Assembly (NCBI GenBank): GCA_024137785.1
Contig: JAHRHZ010000004.1
Span: forward strand, 11,313,676-11,377,675
Source of the DNA: Ginglymostoma cirratum
Taxonomy: Eukaryota
Length of the DNA: 64,000 bases
Reading direction: 5' to 3'
This document shows, piece after piece, positions 34,926-48,430 of the stretch. A model generated the notes under the pieces. The model saw nothing but the letters and a program-made list of their open reading frames with translations, was not told where the DNA came from and searched no databases. A program made the translations under genes and the position numbers. Position 1 is the stretch's first letter. Each line of letters opens with the position of its first letter.

Positions 34926-37900
34926 TCCCGACCTTCGAAGTGATGACAATGTCCGAATTCATGGGGAACCTTTTTGTTTGTGTACTCACAAGATGACAAT
35001 TCAATCCCGTCACTCATTAAAACAGGTTTTTATTCACACATGGAGGAGATTAATACCATATAAATGTTTGTTTCTGGAGTTCACGAGGATATTAGATTAG
35101 GAGAATTAGTCATTTCAATTAATGTAATTTTTTAAAGAAGTCCAGTATTCAAATGTTACATCTCTTCATCTACACAGACATTTTATACTCAATTAGCTGC
35201 GAACGCTTCGTCATATTTGTCTGCGTTTGAGTTTTATGTGTGAACTTTTAACGCGTCCTAGACAGGTTTAAAAGCATATTAATTTTCTTGACACAGTCAA
35301 TCCTCGTTGATAGGGTAACCATGATTTCACTACGCCTGACAGAGAGTAAACCGAACTGTGTAGATGTTGCTGCGGCGTGAGGCTCAATGAAATCAAAATG
35401 CGCTGGAAACATTGTTTTGAGTGTGGGAATGTCTAGTTGAGAGGAAAGCAGCTAACGTGAGAAGCTGTGTTTGCTAGGCTTGTAGAATTCACTGTCAGAA
35501 TTGAACGTTGCTCTGTCCCTGGCTGTATTCTTGTGTTTTCCCACTCCTGCCCGTGCCAATGTTGCTCCCCCCACCCCCTCACCCTACACACAGACCGGCC
35601 CTCCCCTCACCCCCTCACTACACCCCATCACCTTGCTTGATTTCCTTACAATAATCTGACTTGGCAATCAGACATTTTTCCGAGTTACAAGCGAGGAAAT
35701 ATGCTGCTATAGTAATCGGGTCAGAGTGCAGGGGGCACAGAGTGGAGCTAGGGCGCACTTTCTCTTTGCTTTCCTGCACTCGTCCGGCGTTTCACTCAAG
35801 GTTTCTCTTCCACCTCTCGCACTTTATCTCCCCGCCTCTCTTGCTTTCTCACTATTTCGCTCATGTTTGCTTTCTCTCCATTTCCCCTTCCTCTGCTTTT
35901 CCTCCCCATTTAATCCATTTTATCTTTATCAATAGCTGTCCATCTTCCCCACATTTCGCACACCATCTTTCCACTCATTTTTCTCTCAATCGTTGCGTCA
36001 AGTCGTTTATTGTCGGTAACGCTCCTTTATTTACACATATTTGTTGTCTCTGCCCATACCTCCACCTTGACAGTTTCTTTCATTCTCTCTCTCTCTTCGC
36101 TAGCAGAAACAGCTCATTAATTGTCCCGCCGTCTCACACACAAAAAAATCACCACGAATTTACTGCACATCACAGCGACAATTCCAGTTTTCACCCTTCA
36201 GTTTTCACGTTGACTCGTGTAATCTTTCGCACTCTGAATACATCACAATCTTTCTCATACACACAGCGACTGACGTGTGTGTGTGTGTAGTTTGTCAGGC
36301 AGTGGGTTGCAAATTAAAGGTAATCGTTTTCTGCTTGCGAGACTACCTTACTTCTGGATAGATCAGGAATGTCTAAGACCGCTACCAAATGCATTCAGTA
36401 CGATTTTGATATAAGTTGATGCGATTTGTGTGTAGAAGCTGAACTCATGCCGGACTGTTCACTAGACAAATGAGATATAGTGCTTGCCTGAACATTTTCA
36501 CTCACAGATCCACACTGTTGCAGCCCTATTCACGAAATCACCGGCAGAAAGGCGCAGTTGTACAGGCATGCGCTCTCACAGGCGCACTAAATGGACTACG
36601 CACTTACACTCACCCCCAAACATATATTAGTACACACACACACACGCATATACGCAGAATCGTGCACATAGAATCACATCAAATGCTGAACACATGTATG
36701 GAAATTCTCACATTCACTGAAGTATTCAAACTCACACAATCCCGGAGACACTCTGTAACACAGGTTCAGATATAACTTTGTAACACACTTTTAAGCTTGC
36801 TTCAATTTAACACTTCCCTTTCTGAGAAAATGCTCAGATCAAATTTCAGGTGTGAGCTTCCCGTATGAAAGCTGGTGGTTTTGGTTTGAACTCACACACC
36901 TCTAACTTCATAACTATTCCAGTTCGTGTAACAGAAGGTGTTGGCTTTTCGTTCTATGTATATGTACTAAATAGTATTCAGGCATAATTGATGCTAGAGA
37001 TTATTATAAATTACACCCATACCATACACGATACGTACTAAAACCTACAAATAATGGATAATTGCCCACTAATCTTTTTCATTTATAAAAGTTTAAAACA
37101 CGATAAGGAGGTAGGAAATGGAAATTGCATAAACATCAAATACAAAATTACAAATTCAAGCAAAACGCCACCATAAAAACATTTTTAGGCGATACCTATC
37201 CTTCTGCTTGCCGTGCGAGTGCTGTGATTTTACCACAGCGATCTGAACTTTCAAAAGGTATTCATTCCCAAATTGGACTATTTTCGGAATTTCCTCAAAT
37301 ACCTTTAAGGCACCAGGTCCCAGTTGTGCAGCGTCTTCTCACGTTTGATACATTTTATTAGATTTTTTTCCTCCATTTTATGAAACACGTCTCCACATTG
37401 TTGAAAGTCCATTTCCAACAAGAATCCTGATATGTGACATCCTAATGATCTTTGAATGAAAAGCAAGTTTTTTTTGAAAACGGTGATGCCACTTGTAAAC
37501 AGAGTCTGTAATGTCAGAAGTAATTTATTTTCCGCAATGTTGTGTAATTTTTATTCGTTTTTTTGAGGAGTGGTCGGTGGGTTGTAATGCCAGTGAAATG
37601 CAATTTTCATTGTAAAGATTAAGGTGAGTTTTCTGTCGGATGCTGCGGGAAATAAGCAGGTTTTATACGTACACCGAAACATACAGGATACTCAGACTTG
37701 CTTTGCTCCTTCCTTTAGGAATACTCTTTTTCAACTCAGCCCAAGGTTAACCCCCTGGTCTCTGCACCCCTTCACATGTGTTAGTGAATGTGATCAACTC
37801 ATGTTGGTTTGTGTAATTTTTTTTTGGAATTTGGGAGCAAGTTTTGTTGATCATTAAATGCACCTGCTAAAGTCTTAACATTCCCAACAACAGACATTTC

Positions 37901-40074
37901 CCAATGCTCCAACCGTAACTATATACAAGCATTGGAGGGTAATGTCTATCTAAAACACATCCTGTATGTGTATATATAGAGCAATACATTAAATCGCACG
38001 CACATTTCATTATCCAAGCCATCTTATTCTACTACTTTGCTCTTGAAACTGCTAAAGAACTGGTAGGTGTTACTTTAAATTTAGACTTTGAATTTTTTTG
38101 CCTTCGTCATGATTACATTTTGAGGTCAAGCATGTGTAGAAGTCACTTCATGATACAATAGGCATTGCGAACGCAATAGCCAGTCATTTTATGGAGTGTT
38201 TATTTCCCCAGCATTTCCGCTAAACAAAAGTTATACCCGTTAAATGTTGTAAGACTTGTTCTATATCACTTCCCAATCACCTTCAGACAACACGTTAAAG
38301 TTATAAAATAGACTGCATGTGTGGTGTATTATTTTTGCACTTACATATTGAGTGCTGATGCAGCTTTATGTTTTCATTCTCTCTCTCTCCCTTAGTCGCC
38401 TAACTTATTTTTTAATAATTCAGAAGTACCCATTTTGTTAGTAACACTGGGGGTAGTCCGGTGGACATTAAAGATATGTCGGAGCTGGAAGCACCTGATT
38501 CAAGCTAGCTTGCGTAGCAAAGTTCAAAATTCGAAGTCTACTTCTGAATTTTCACTAAATTAACTAAATGGAAATCGTCTGAATTGTAACGAGTGACTGA
38601 TCCTGTTCTTTTCTCCCCTCTGTTCCTGCCTATTTGCAGTCTTGTGTACAAAACATACAGAAATCGTATGGAGATTATGTTAATTTTTTGAGGTTATTTC
38701 GGGAGGTAGATTTGCAAACTGTTGCCCTTCCACATATTAATGGACATTGAGTTCATTGCACAATTTATGCATTCGAACATTGGTTCAGGAATGACATTGT
38801 ATCATAAAAAAATATAGATATCGAGGCTGCAGTTGTGTTTTGAGGCTGAGAGCCGATACTTCGGTTTGCATGCTTGTGGCCTCCAATCTGTACATTATTC
38901 ATTTTTCCCTGCAATGTCCCAATGTGAAGTGAGCTGGGTCATAAGCTACCGTCTTCGGCGAGAGTACGTGTGCTGGCATTACAGCGTGGAACGCAGGCTT
39001 TCGAAATGCATTCAGCAAAACGATTTCTATAGTCATCCCACAACCTAATGGATAAGCAGAGGAGCTGTCATTGCAGTACAAGACTGACCAACAAATTACA
39101 ACGTAACCTTCTAAATATAGGATATAAGATGCTGTGTTCAGTTGGAAGGCTTAGTTAAGAAATATATTTAAACATATGAAGCCTATTTAAAAATTGGGAA
39201 AACTAATCTATTCGGGCCTTGGCAGAACAAACACTGTTTTAATTAGTGTCCTATTCGATACTTTGTCCGTTTTTAATGGTCTTCGAACTTTTTACCCCCT
39301 TCGAATATATGGATTACCTGAGCAACCTATCGATTTCAGGCAGCATTTTGACAATTTCAGATCTAACCCCGATCCCCCAACTCCAGACGCCCGTCGTGGT
39401 ATCTCCGTGTTGGGGCCTCGTTTAACTTAATACATCTTAAAACAATGATATTTTACTATAAGTAGAACGGATAGATTTTAAAATGCTGAGCACCAATTTA
39501 AAAGAAACGACACCTAGCATACCCACTTCTCACGTGAATGCATAATAATCGTGCAATTATTCTGGCCAGAATTTTTAAAAAATAAATACCCTCACGATGA
39601 ATTCCGGGCCAGCTTGAGTCTGGATAATGAAGCTGAAAAGAAAATGTTATGTCTGCAGCCGTGTTTACAAGTTGAGTACTAGTGGATGAGATGTTTTAAC
39701 AATCGGTACACCAGTCTGAGTACTTGATTTGAGGATCTCATTCTCTCAACCCCAAAGCAACCACTAAGTTATCACTCTTTATCAACTGCCTACTATTTCC
39801 CCAACTTCCATTTATTTTTCTTTGCATTTCATCCGCCATTATTTGGACAGTTGCCTGTTGAGCGTCAGAGTTAAATTCATAATTGAGACTTGAAGACTTC
39901 CATTAGACATTAACCTAATAAATTGTGAGCAATACAGCAATCATCCTAAATCACAGATCCTTTGGGGGTGGGGCAGGGGAAATAAAGTGGGCTCACTGGG
40001 TTAGATTTGGACTAAATATTGATATTGCCAGCCATTTTTAATTCATTGTGTTTTTATGCATTACAAGACATTGC

Positions 40075-40395
40075 AGAACAGGGTGGACAGTGAGAGTCTT
40101 TTTCCTCGGATGATGATGTCGGCTAGTACGAGGGGGCATAGCTGCAAATTGAGGGGTGATAGATTTAAGACAGATGTCAGACTCAGGTTCTTTACTCAGA
40201 GAGTGGTAAAGGCGTGGAATGCCCTGCCTGCCAATGTAGTTAACTCAGCCGCATTAGGGGCATTTAAACAGTCCTTGGATAAGCATATGGATGATGATGG
40301 GATAGTGTAGGGGGTGGGCTTAGATTAGTTCACAGGTCAGCGCAACATCGAGGGCCGAAGGGCCTGTTCTGCGCTGTATTGTTCTATGTTCTATG
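40075..40395 (+). mobile_element. Relatively young CR1/HER1 LINE 3' end
   Basis: RVDSESLFPRMMMSASTRGHSCKLRGDRFKTDVRLRFFTQRVVKAWNALP...FKQSLDKHMD; 3'UTR ending ttctatgttctatg. Confidence 0.93.
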
Positions 40396-40633
40396 AACTA
40401 ATGCATGGGACCTGTGTTGCCAAGTCCCGGTATTTCACTGACCTGTATCTCCCTGACCCTGCACATTTAAACTTTCCTGAAAGATTGAAATGACCTTGAC
40501 ACCCAAGTTTTCGAATTGCCCAAAAATCTTGGAATGGCTTATGGACAGAAGGAACTTTCATGATGGTCTACAATTGATATTTTCCAGTAATATCTTAGTG
40601 TGTTTTGGTAAAAAGCTATCACTAATATCTAGT

Positions 40634-40705
40634 TAACAAGCATGGGGCTGGGTGAGCACAGCAAGTCAAGCAGCATCATAGGAGCAGGAATCTCTGATCC
40701 AACAT
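40634..40705 (-). mobile_element. 72-bp Penelope pLTR-derived micro-insertion with 17-bp TSD
   Basis: taacaagcatggggctgggtgagcacagcaagtcaagcagcatcataggagcaggaa matches 15196-15253. TATCACTAATATCTAGT occurs at 40617-40633 and 40706-40722. Confidence 0.85.
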
Positions 40706-43700
40706 TATCACTAATATCTAGTAACAGTTTCTCAATGCAGTGGCAAGATTCTCTTACAAGGTTACTATCCAATTTTCCTTTAAATAAATCAGTGTAGCAT
40801 AAAGTAATTTACTTGAAACTAATCAAAAATGCTATGGAAATGGACAAATGTACCTTTAGACTATCAATCTACACAATGATCTTATAAAATTGGTTTATCT
40901 TGTTTGTGACAATTACACAGATTTCAAGCTACCGGTTGACATTGCAAAATAATGCCTCACCAACAGCATCCTTCTGCATTTAAGACACTGATCCACAACC
41001 CTCAGGGATATTGTATCATGTGTTTACTCAAACATTTTAGTCAGCACCTGGATGAAGAATCATTGGCCTATCCTACAGGTCAGCACTGTAGTTAGAGCAG
41101 GGTTGAAATGAGAAAAGAAATTATTATGTGGGTGCCTAGTTTGGAGTTTTAAAGCAATTGATTTTAATCAGCATCTTTAACCAAAAATTACTTTCAAAAA
41201 TTGGGGCAAAACTCAGAAGTCATCCTTGAGGAAGTTGGGTGACCAAACTAAACACTCATCTAACCATAGAAGGTGTTTTACCTTAATTGAGATGATAAAG
41301 AAAATTGGGAGATTGTGTAAAAATGCCTATTTCTGAGTCATAATCACTGCTATATCAGGTAGGCAGAACCAAAAATCAGGGAGACAAAGATGCCAAATAA
41401 CCAATATTCCTGGTAGCAGTCTTAGAGGCGTATTGGCAGATCCCTAGATTCAGAAACATGCCGAATATGCAGACACTAGGGGACTGGAGGAAAGAAGCAA
41501 AAATAGCATTTGGCCAAATATTTAATCAGTTTAACTGAGAGTTTTCTGATCAAATCTTTCATTCTACAGATCGAATTGAGGGCAATTTACAAATCTTAAA
41601 TAATCTGTAAAAATTTTGACACTGACAAAATGAGTGACTTAATTTACAGTTAAATGCTTCATTTGCAACAGCCATTTGTTAATGAGAATGCTTTTAGAAT
41701 ATTCAGATATACTCAAATTTCTGTGTAACATTTTGTAAACCTGATACCAGTTGAGTGCTGATCTCCTTCCTGCTCCCACCTTCTATATTTCAACATTGGG
41801 CTTGAATGTAAGTTGAAATCTGAAGATGACTTGATGCAGAGAGTCAAATGCCCCGGACTAATTTTAACCACATATGTTTTACATATATGTAAATAAAAAG
41901 TGGTTCTTGATAGTTTACAAAATAGGAGAACATTGCACAGTTCAATCAGAATCAGAGCATGTTGCACTTCTTAGACTTGTTGTTTCTCATATAAAAAGGT
42001 CCACATGCTATATTAAATATTCCTCTTACACCAGTGAAAAAAAGACCCAATCTGGAGAGTCTCTTATGAAGCCATTCAGCTGTTAGTGTGGCCTTCCCAT
42101 GTATGCATTATTGAGCCTTGAAATGTTGAAGGAATAGAGGAAGGTTTGAAAGGCTTGGGACTCCGCTGCCTTGTGTATGACTGTATAATGGTATGAATTT
42201 CGGTAATTGAGACTAATAACAGCTGCAATGTCTCAGCTCTCTCAATAAAAATTGACAAAGTGTTAGGATGTCAGTAAAATTAGTGGTATTAAATTTGAGA
42301 TCCAGGAATACCAGCAATTAGCAAAGGGGTAAGAAAATATTACTATTGAAATGTTTTGCTGTAGCTGCAGTTTAATGGTACAGACCAAAGCAATGGTCAT
42401 TATAGTTGGACCCAAGTTGAGCTTCTTTAGTTGTACTCTTCTGAATAGGATTGTTCTACATTCAGTGGTAAAAAGCAATGTTATTTCCCAACAAATTTTT
42501 AATAAGGTCATCATGCATTAACTAAGTGCAACATTTCAGTATCAGCACTGGCTGTAACACTCACCAAATGGAGAAGTACGGACCTTTAAATGACAATTTT
42601 TCAGAAAAAAAATGTTAGAGCTCCCTCAATTTCAGTTGGTAAAGATCAATTATACCAATCAGGAAGTCCCAGCATTAATTCCTTATATGTGGTGAAATGA
42701 CAGTAATGGCACAACATTTGACCATGGGTGCTCGGGAAGGAAATCTCCGGGTTGAAACTATTGGATGCTTTATCCATTACTAATGCCGGAAAGCTTGCAT
42801 TTATTGTTGTTTGATTGGTAAAATGTTGAGCTTAGTTTCATTTTAATGAACAGCTTTCTGCGTGCTCACTGTCTTGCATTTGAAGAATGTTTATATGGGT
42901 GAAACATCTGCATGTAATCATAATCTATGGAAATATACAATTAATAATATCATCCTCAGACCATTGGAACAGATAAAATCATATAAATCAAAATTATAAG
43001 CGGCTCAACTTTCATACTTAGGCTTCATTAAGTATCAGTGAGGTTATCCAAAGAGTAGCTCAGCTGTACAGACTAGGAATATCCCAGGTTCAATTTGCAA
43101 TCCAGCTAGATAAGCAGCTTGAAATGCCGATTGACCTAAACGTTCCTTGTATTACACTAATAGAAATTGGTTAGGTTTCTCACAACTCATTTGGAAGAGC
43201 ATATGTAAGGTGCTGGGCTAGCTTAGATGATTCCTTTTTGAACCTCATCCTCATCATACATAGATGATGGCCACTTAGGTAACAGGAGCTACACCGCATT
43301 TGGAGAGCCATAATCCTTGCAAGGAGATAAACCCCACAGGATGGGATAAAAATAGCAAGATTTGTTTTTTTTTCAAATGCCTCTTGTAAGTTTAGTGCCA
43401 TTAGAATTCCTCAGTGAGTTATTAAGTTTTAATATCTAGAACAAAGAAGGAAATTGTTATTTTAACTACACAGAAAAGGGCTGATAACACCATATGTTCT
43501 ACCACATGAGGCTCTGTCCAAGACAAGATGCATTATTATGATACAATATCTAGCACTTTGTTTTTTTACTAAATACAAGGGCTGGAGGTTTGGTGTGGAG
43601 TGAACCAAATGTCTCTGTCTGGGAGTAATTAATAGTGAAGCTTGGCTGAAGTCAATTTAATTCTATATTTTTCAAAATATTCTTGGCTGGATGTGATATT

Positions 43701-44259
43701 TCCAGCTTTGGTGATGGAGGGATTGCAAACTCAATTGTTTTGGTGCTCAGCTTCCAACCTAAAGGCTTTAGACTTGACGTTGTCAGCTATTTTGATTTTG
43801 AGCCTTAAAGCAATTTAGGAAGTCAGTCGTAAGCAGATAATGTCAATCAAAGTTCTTTCACTCAACAGTATTTAAAGTTTTGCTCAAGAGTTGCCATGGA
43901 AGCTAATTGAAGTAAACATTTTAAAATTAGTTCAGGAGCTATTAGGTTGTACCTTTGGATATAGAATGTATTGAAGATCCTGTTGAGAACCTTCAAAAAG
44001 GGACACACTTATTAGACCTATTGACTGTTGTGAAAAAGTCTTCATGTTATTGTTTCATGTCAACAAATAGAAATCTCTCTATTAGCAGGGTGGCTGCATT
44101 AAGTGAAAGCAAAGGACATAAAAGAATTGTGGAATACATATCTGAAGGGAAATTCAAGTTTGTCTGCTTTGTCCTGCTTCATTTTCATATCATCATGGTT
44201 GAAAAATGATTTTTTTGATGATAGTTACCGGGAAGACTATCATTTGTTGTACATTGCAT

Positions 44260-44550
44260 AATTGCCCTTGAAAACAGTTAAGTTCCAATACATTGGTATG
44301 GGTCTGAAGTGACATGTAGATCAGACCACTTAAGGACAGCAGATTTCCTTTATTAAAGGACATTAGTGAATGCAACAGAGTTTTTGGAACAATCAATAAT
44401 AGTTTCATGGGACTATTACTGGGACTAACTGTCAATTCCATACAATTACAGACTGAATTTAAATTCCACCAGCCTCAATGGTGGCAGTCCCCAAAACATT
44501 AGCCAGGTCTTTTTGATGAGTAATCTAGTCACATTTCACTGTGTCACCAT
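44260..44550 (-). mobile_element. Shark SINE (7090 family, older copy)
   Basis: ttgcccttgaaaacagttaag...gggtctgaagtgacatgtag...aaggacagcagatttcctt...gaatttaaattccacca. Confidence 0.75.
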
Positions 44551-46079
44551 TGTTTTTATATGATAGGTACTAGGCTGTAAAATGCATAGAATACGAAACT
44601 ATGGAGTTCAATAAATGTAATTACCTATTTGGGTGAAGAGTGCAATCATTTATTCTGGGGTGCCTACATTGTCAGTGAGATCTGATTAGCATGAATTATA
44701 TTTGGGTGGACTGATATTAGCATTGCATTGGTGGCCTGACGAGCATTTTGACCTTGCCACTCTTTTTTTTCTGGAAAAAGAATAAAGTTGGTAACAAAAA
44801 TAAAATGTAGGTCAGTCAAACTTAGGCATTCAAAATATGATCCTCTGAATTTAGAGTTACCACAGTCATTAGAATTCTATCTGCCTGTTATTAAATTTAT
44901 GCGGTATTTGTTCTGCGTTCATTGACTTCTTAACATTATTTTTATGGCTGAACACTAATAAGCATAACACAATTTTCCTCTGAGTTACTGTCTCTCAGAA
45001 GTTAGGACAGATAATTCTTGGAAGCTCGGACAGATAGTCCTAAGGATTGTGTGATTACAGGCAAGATTCGAAGTGTATCAATGTTTAGAGAAACACGTCT
45101 GATTCATCCCCTGCACTGCCACAATTCCGTACATACACATGCATGTATGCATAAAAATGTTTGAAAGTCAATTCTGTTGAAGGTTTCACAGGCAAATATC
45201 ATTATTATTAAAGGGACACAAGTTTTCATTGAACTTGCTAAACACATGATGCAATGATGACTATTAAACTATATCAAATTGTGAACTTCTTGACTTCCTC
45301 AGTCTTTCTTCCTTTTTTAATTGTTGAGGTTCAAATACCCAGTGGATCAGGACTGGATTTGCATTGATTTCCCTCAATATTTTCAACCCTTTGTGTTATT
45401 CTACACTATGGCTAATGGTTTTTCAATTAGGCTTGTGGTTTTTTTAAAGCAAACGAAGTGTTAAAATTCTGAAGTGGTGCATTTTCTGACTCCCTTTCTG
45501 ACACTTGAATGCATTCCTCTTCCTTTTATTTTTGGACAGTCTTTTCTTTTCTGAGATGATAATAGTTTGGCTTTTAGTATGCTTCCATTTTACATAATTC
45601 CATAATTAATATCCTTGCGAATACCACCCCTCTCTCCTCAGCAAGGAAATCATTTCATGTTATTGCGCGTTATTAACATTTGTCCCGTTGTAGGCAGATA
45701 TGTGCTACTGTGTGATTGGAACATTAAAACAAGGAACGCACAATGTTGTATTGTGCTATTGAAATAAATTCTTACTTCATTAAAAGTGATTTGTTTTATC
45801 AAGCATACAAAGTGTAGCTGTTGTAAACTGGAACATCTTACTGTTGGTGAGAAGAGTTGTAGGTTAGTGGGTGATTATAGATTCCTGGCTTCAGGTCAGG
45901 AGAAAACAGCCTGAGATTTAATGTTTCTTCTCTTTCTCCACTATCCCACACCACTAATCCTCTCTCACTTTTTTAAAGTATAATGGTATATATGCAAAAT
46001 ATTTTAAAATTATATTTACACTGATTATTTGAATGTTTTTAAAGAAAATGAGCCCAGAACAAATGCCATCTAACATTGA

Positions 46080-46176
46080 GTTTTCTGAAGAAGGGTCCAG
46101 ACCCGAAAAGTCAGCTTTCCGACTCCTCTGATGCTGCTTGGCCTGCTGTGTTCATCCAGCTCTACACCTTGTTATC
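46080..46176 (+). mobile_element. 97-bp solo Penelope pLTR insertion (hammerhead motif plus arm) with 14-bp TSD
   Basis: CTGAAGA-A-GGGTC-CA-GACCC-GAAA-AGTC at 46085-46112. TSD CCATCTAACATTGA is at 46066-46079 and 46177-46190. Confidence 0.9.
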
Positions 46177-46812
46177 CCATCTAACATTGATACTTGTCTG
46201 ACTTGATTTGGTCCATTTTAACAGGTGTTAATATAGAAGTTATGTTGATTTAATTGTAATATTTGCATTTGAGTGTGACCCGTGGAGTTCTCTCGGTTAT
46301 GAGGATATTTGTGAGTATGTAACGCTAATTGTAATGTAGCAATTGACTTGTTACTGTTGTGATAATTGTTTCTACACTTTTAGCTGGACCAATCTTTTAA
46401 AGGAGCTGAGACTTTTTAATATGCCAATCTTTGCCAAATCTCTCTTTTATTTCAAGTGTGTCTAATTATTGCCATGGTAGTAGCTTTTTATAACTTATAT
46501 TGTAAAGCCATCTAACTGAAATAATTTACCTTCATTTGTAAATGTAACAATCCCCTATGGTCACTTAATGGCTTGCATTTGATTTCACTGGTGCAAGCTA
46601 CAGTGGACACTCTCTAATATAATTATATTCCATGCTCCATATGGGGCCAGTATATTCACACAATGTCTCTGCATGTTTTTTTTCTGTCTGTTTTTAGCTT
46701 CTAAAAAGCTTGCACTTTCTCCAGAAAATAGCTTTCAGATAGTTAATTTCCTCCAACCTTTGAACAATCTTCTGAAGAGCTGACCCATCTCGGTAGAGCG
46801 AGTACTTAAGTT

Positions 46813-47040
46813 CAATAAAAGCAAAGTTCTACAGGTGTTGAAAAGTGAAATAAAAGCAAAGTGCTGAAGAAACTCAACAGGTCTGGCGGCATATGTGGAG
46901 AGGGAAAGAAAGTTAACATTTTGAGTCCAATATAACTTGTGTCAGAACTTCAAAAGAGAGTCGTAGCGAATTTAGAACATTAACTCTGTTTCTCTCTCCA
47001 CACTTGTTGAGTTTCTCCAGCACTTTCTGTTCTTATCTCT
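46813..47040. mobile_element. Old palindromic Penelope-derived mini-element
   Basis: Arm aaactcaacaggtctggcggcatatgtggagaggg...gttaacattttgagtcc and inverted arm aacattaactctgtttctctctccac...gttgagtttctccagcacttt. Confidence 0.75.
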
Positions 47041-48049
47041 TGCTCAATATCTCTGCCCGTTCTTTTGCCAGACTTGACTAGGGCAATAGGAAGCTAAGCT
47101 CGATTGCAGATGGAGGAAGCGTGATAAAGGAAAAATGTTAGTTTGAGTTCCCATGTTGGAAATTGCATGTGGGAGAACAAGAGTCAGTAGAGTTTGTTGA
47201 ATAATCTGCCTGTGGTCCCAGGGAAGGAACAGAGGGTTATTACAGACGGCCCTTACAAACATGCCCAACTATGAGGCAGCACCATTCGGATACGCAAGGC
47301 GGAATAGATTGTGGAATTAAAGTTGGAATTTGTTTTCGTCCAGGCACTTGTGAAGGTTTTTTTTACTCCCTTCTTAGCTTGGTCTCTTTGCTGGCAAAAA
47401 GCTCCGTTCCCAATTATGTGCAAATCAGCAATGAAAACACGTTACATATTTATTGCTAGCAACATCAAGAAACCATCTCCCAACTTCTTTTGTCTGCACA
47501 GACGCTGTTGAGTGATGTTAGCCAAATGTGGTCTCGGCACTTAAAAATGTCAAGAAGTATTTGTAGCCAGAGGGGCAATACGTTCAACAAAAATAAAACA
47601 CACTTCCAAATGTTTTCTATGGTTTGGATTTTTATTTCCTGCAAGCACTAAAAAGACACATTATTATTTCAATAGTGTGCAACCTATAGTTTTTAATGTT
47701 GTTTTGCGTCTGTTGTTTTTTTGGTGTTCTGTTTTATTGTATGGCTGACTCAGTCTGTTATTAGAGCATCGATATGCATTAGATTGACTGTAGTTAGCTT
47801 TACTTGTGTAGATTAACATTGGCGCTGGGAATTTTGCATAATGAGTAGCTGAGACATTGGGAACATGAAGGCTGCAGGTTTGATCCTGGGCCTGCACTGA
47901 GTTAGCTGATCGTTAGGTGAGCGTTGATCATGGCATTCTTAAATTGATTGAGAAAATGTAAGTCCGTTGAATTGGATCCAACATAATCTTTTAGTGAAGC
48001 ACTGTTTTCTCCAAGGCCTGAATTGACAAATAAGCAATTAATTTGTTAG

Positions 48050-48430
48050 TATTCTTGTCTGAAAGCAGTTGCTTTCAGTCCCACTTCAGAATTTGAGGCC
48101 ATGATTTAGGCTGACACCAGCTATTGCATTGTCAGGTCATCTTTAGATGAGACGTTAAATCAAGATTCAATCAGATCTGTCTTATTGGGCAAAATGAAAT
48201 CCCAGGAGAAAACCTAGTACCCAATGTCTCAGTCAACATTCCTCCATCTGTCAATGCCATCAAAAAACAGATTAACTGGTTGCTTGCTTCCTTGCTGTTT
48301 TCAGGATCTCGCTGTACATTATATAGCTGTGACATTTGTCTCCTTAACCGTAATCAACTTTAGTTCAGCGTCACTCGTTGTATCTGAAGCTCTAGGAGAT
48401 GTTTCTGAAAAATATGTTTAAGCGCTGACT
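48050..48430 (+). mobile_element. Deu-domain SINE (SacSINE1/AmnSINE-like), old
   Basis: aggctgacacc...tgcattgtcagg..atctttagatgagacgttaaatc...aaaacagattaactgg...ttgctgttttcaggatctcgctgt resembles the DeuSINE central domain. Confidence 0.65.

Noticed and set aside
35661-36290. Longest gap-free ORF (209 aa, TTG start)
   Set aside because: Pyrimidine-rich low-complexity intronic sequence giving an F/S/L/H-rich translation, with no recognisable domain
47277-47296. REST/NRSE-like half sites (CAGCACC...GGATA)
   Set aside because: Non-canonical spacing and mismatches; likely chance
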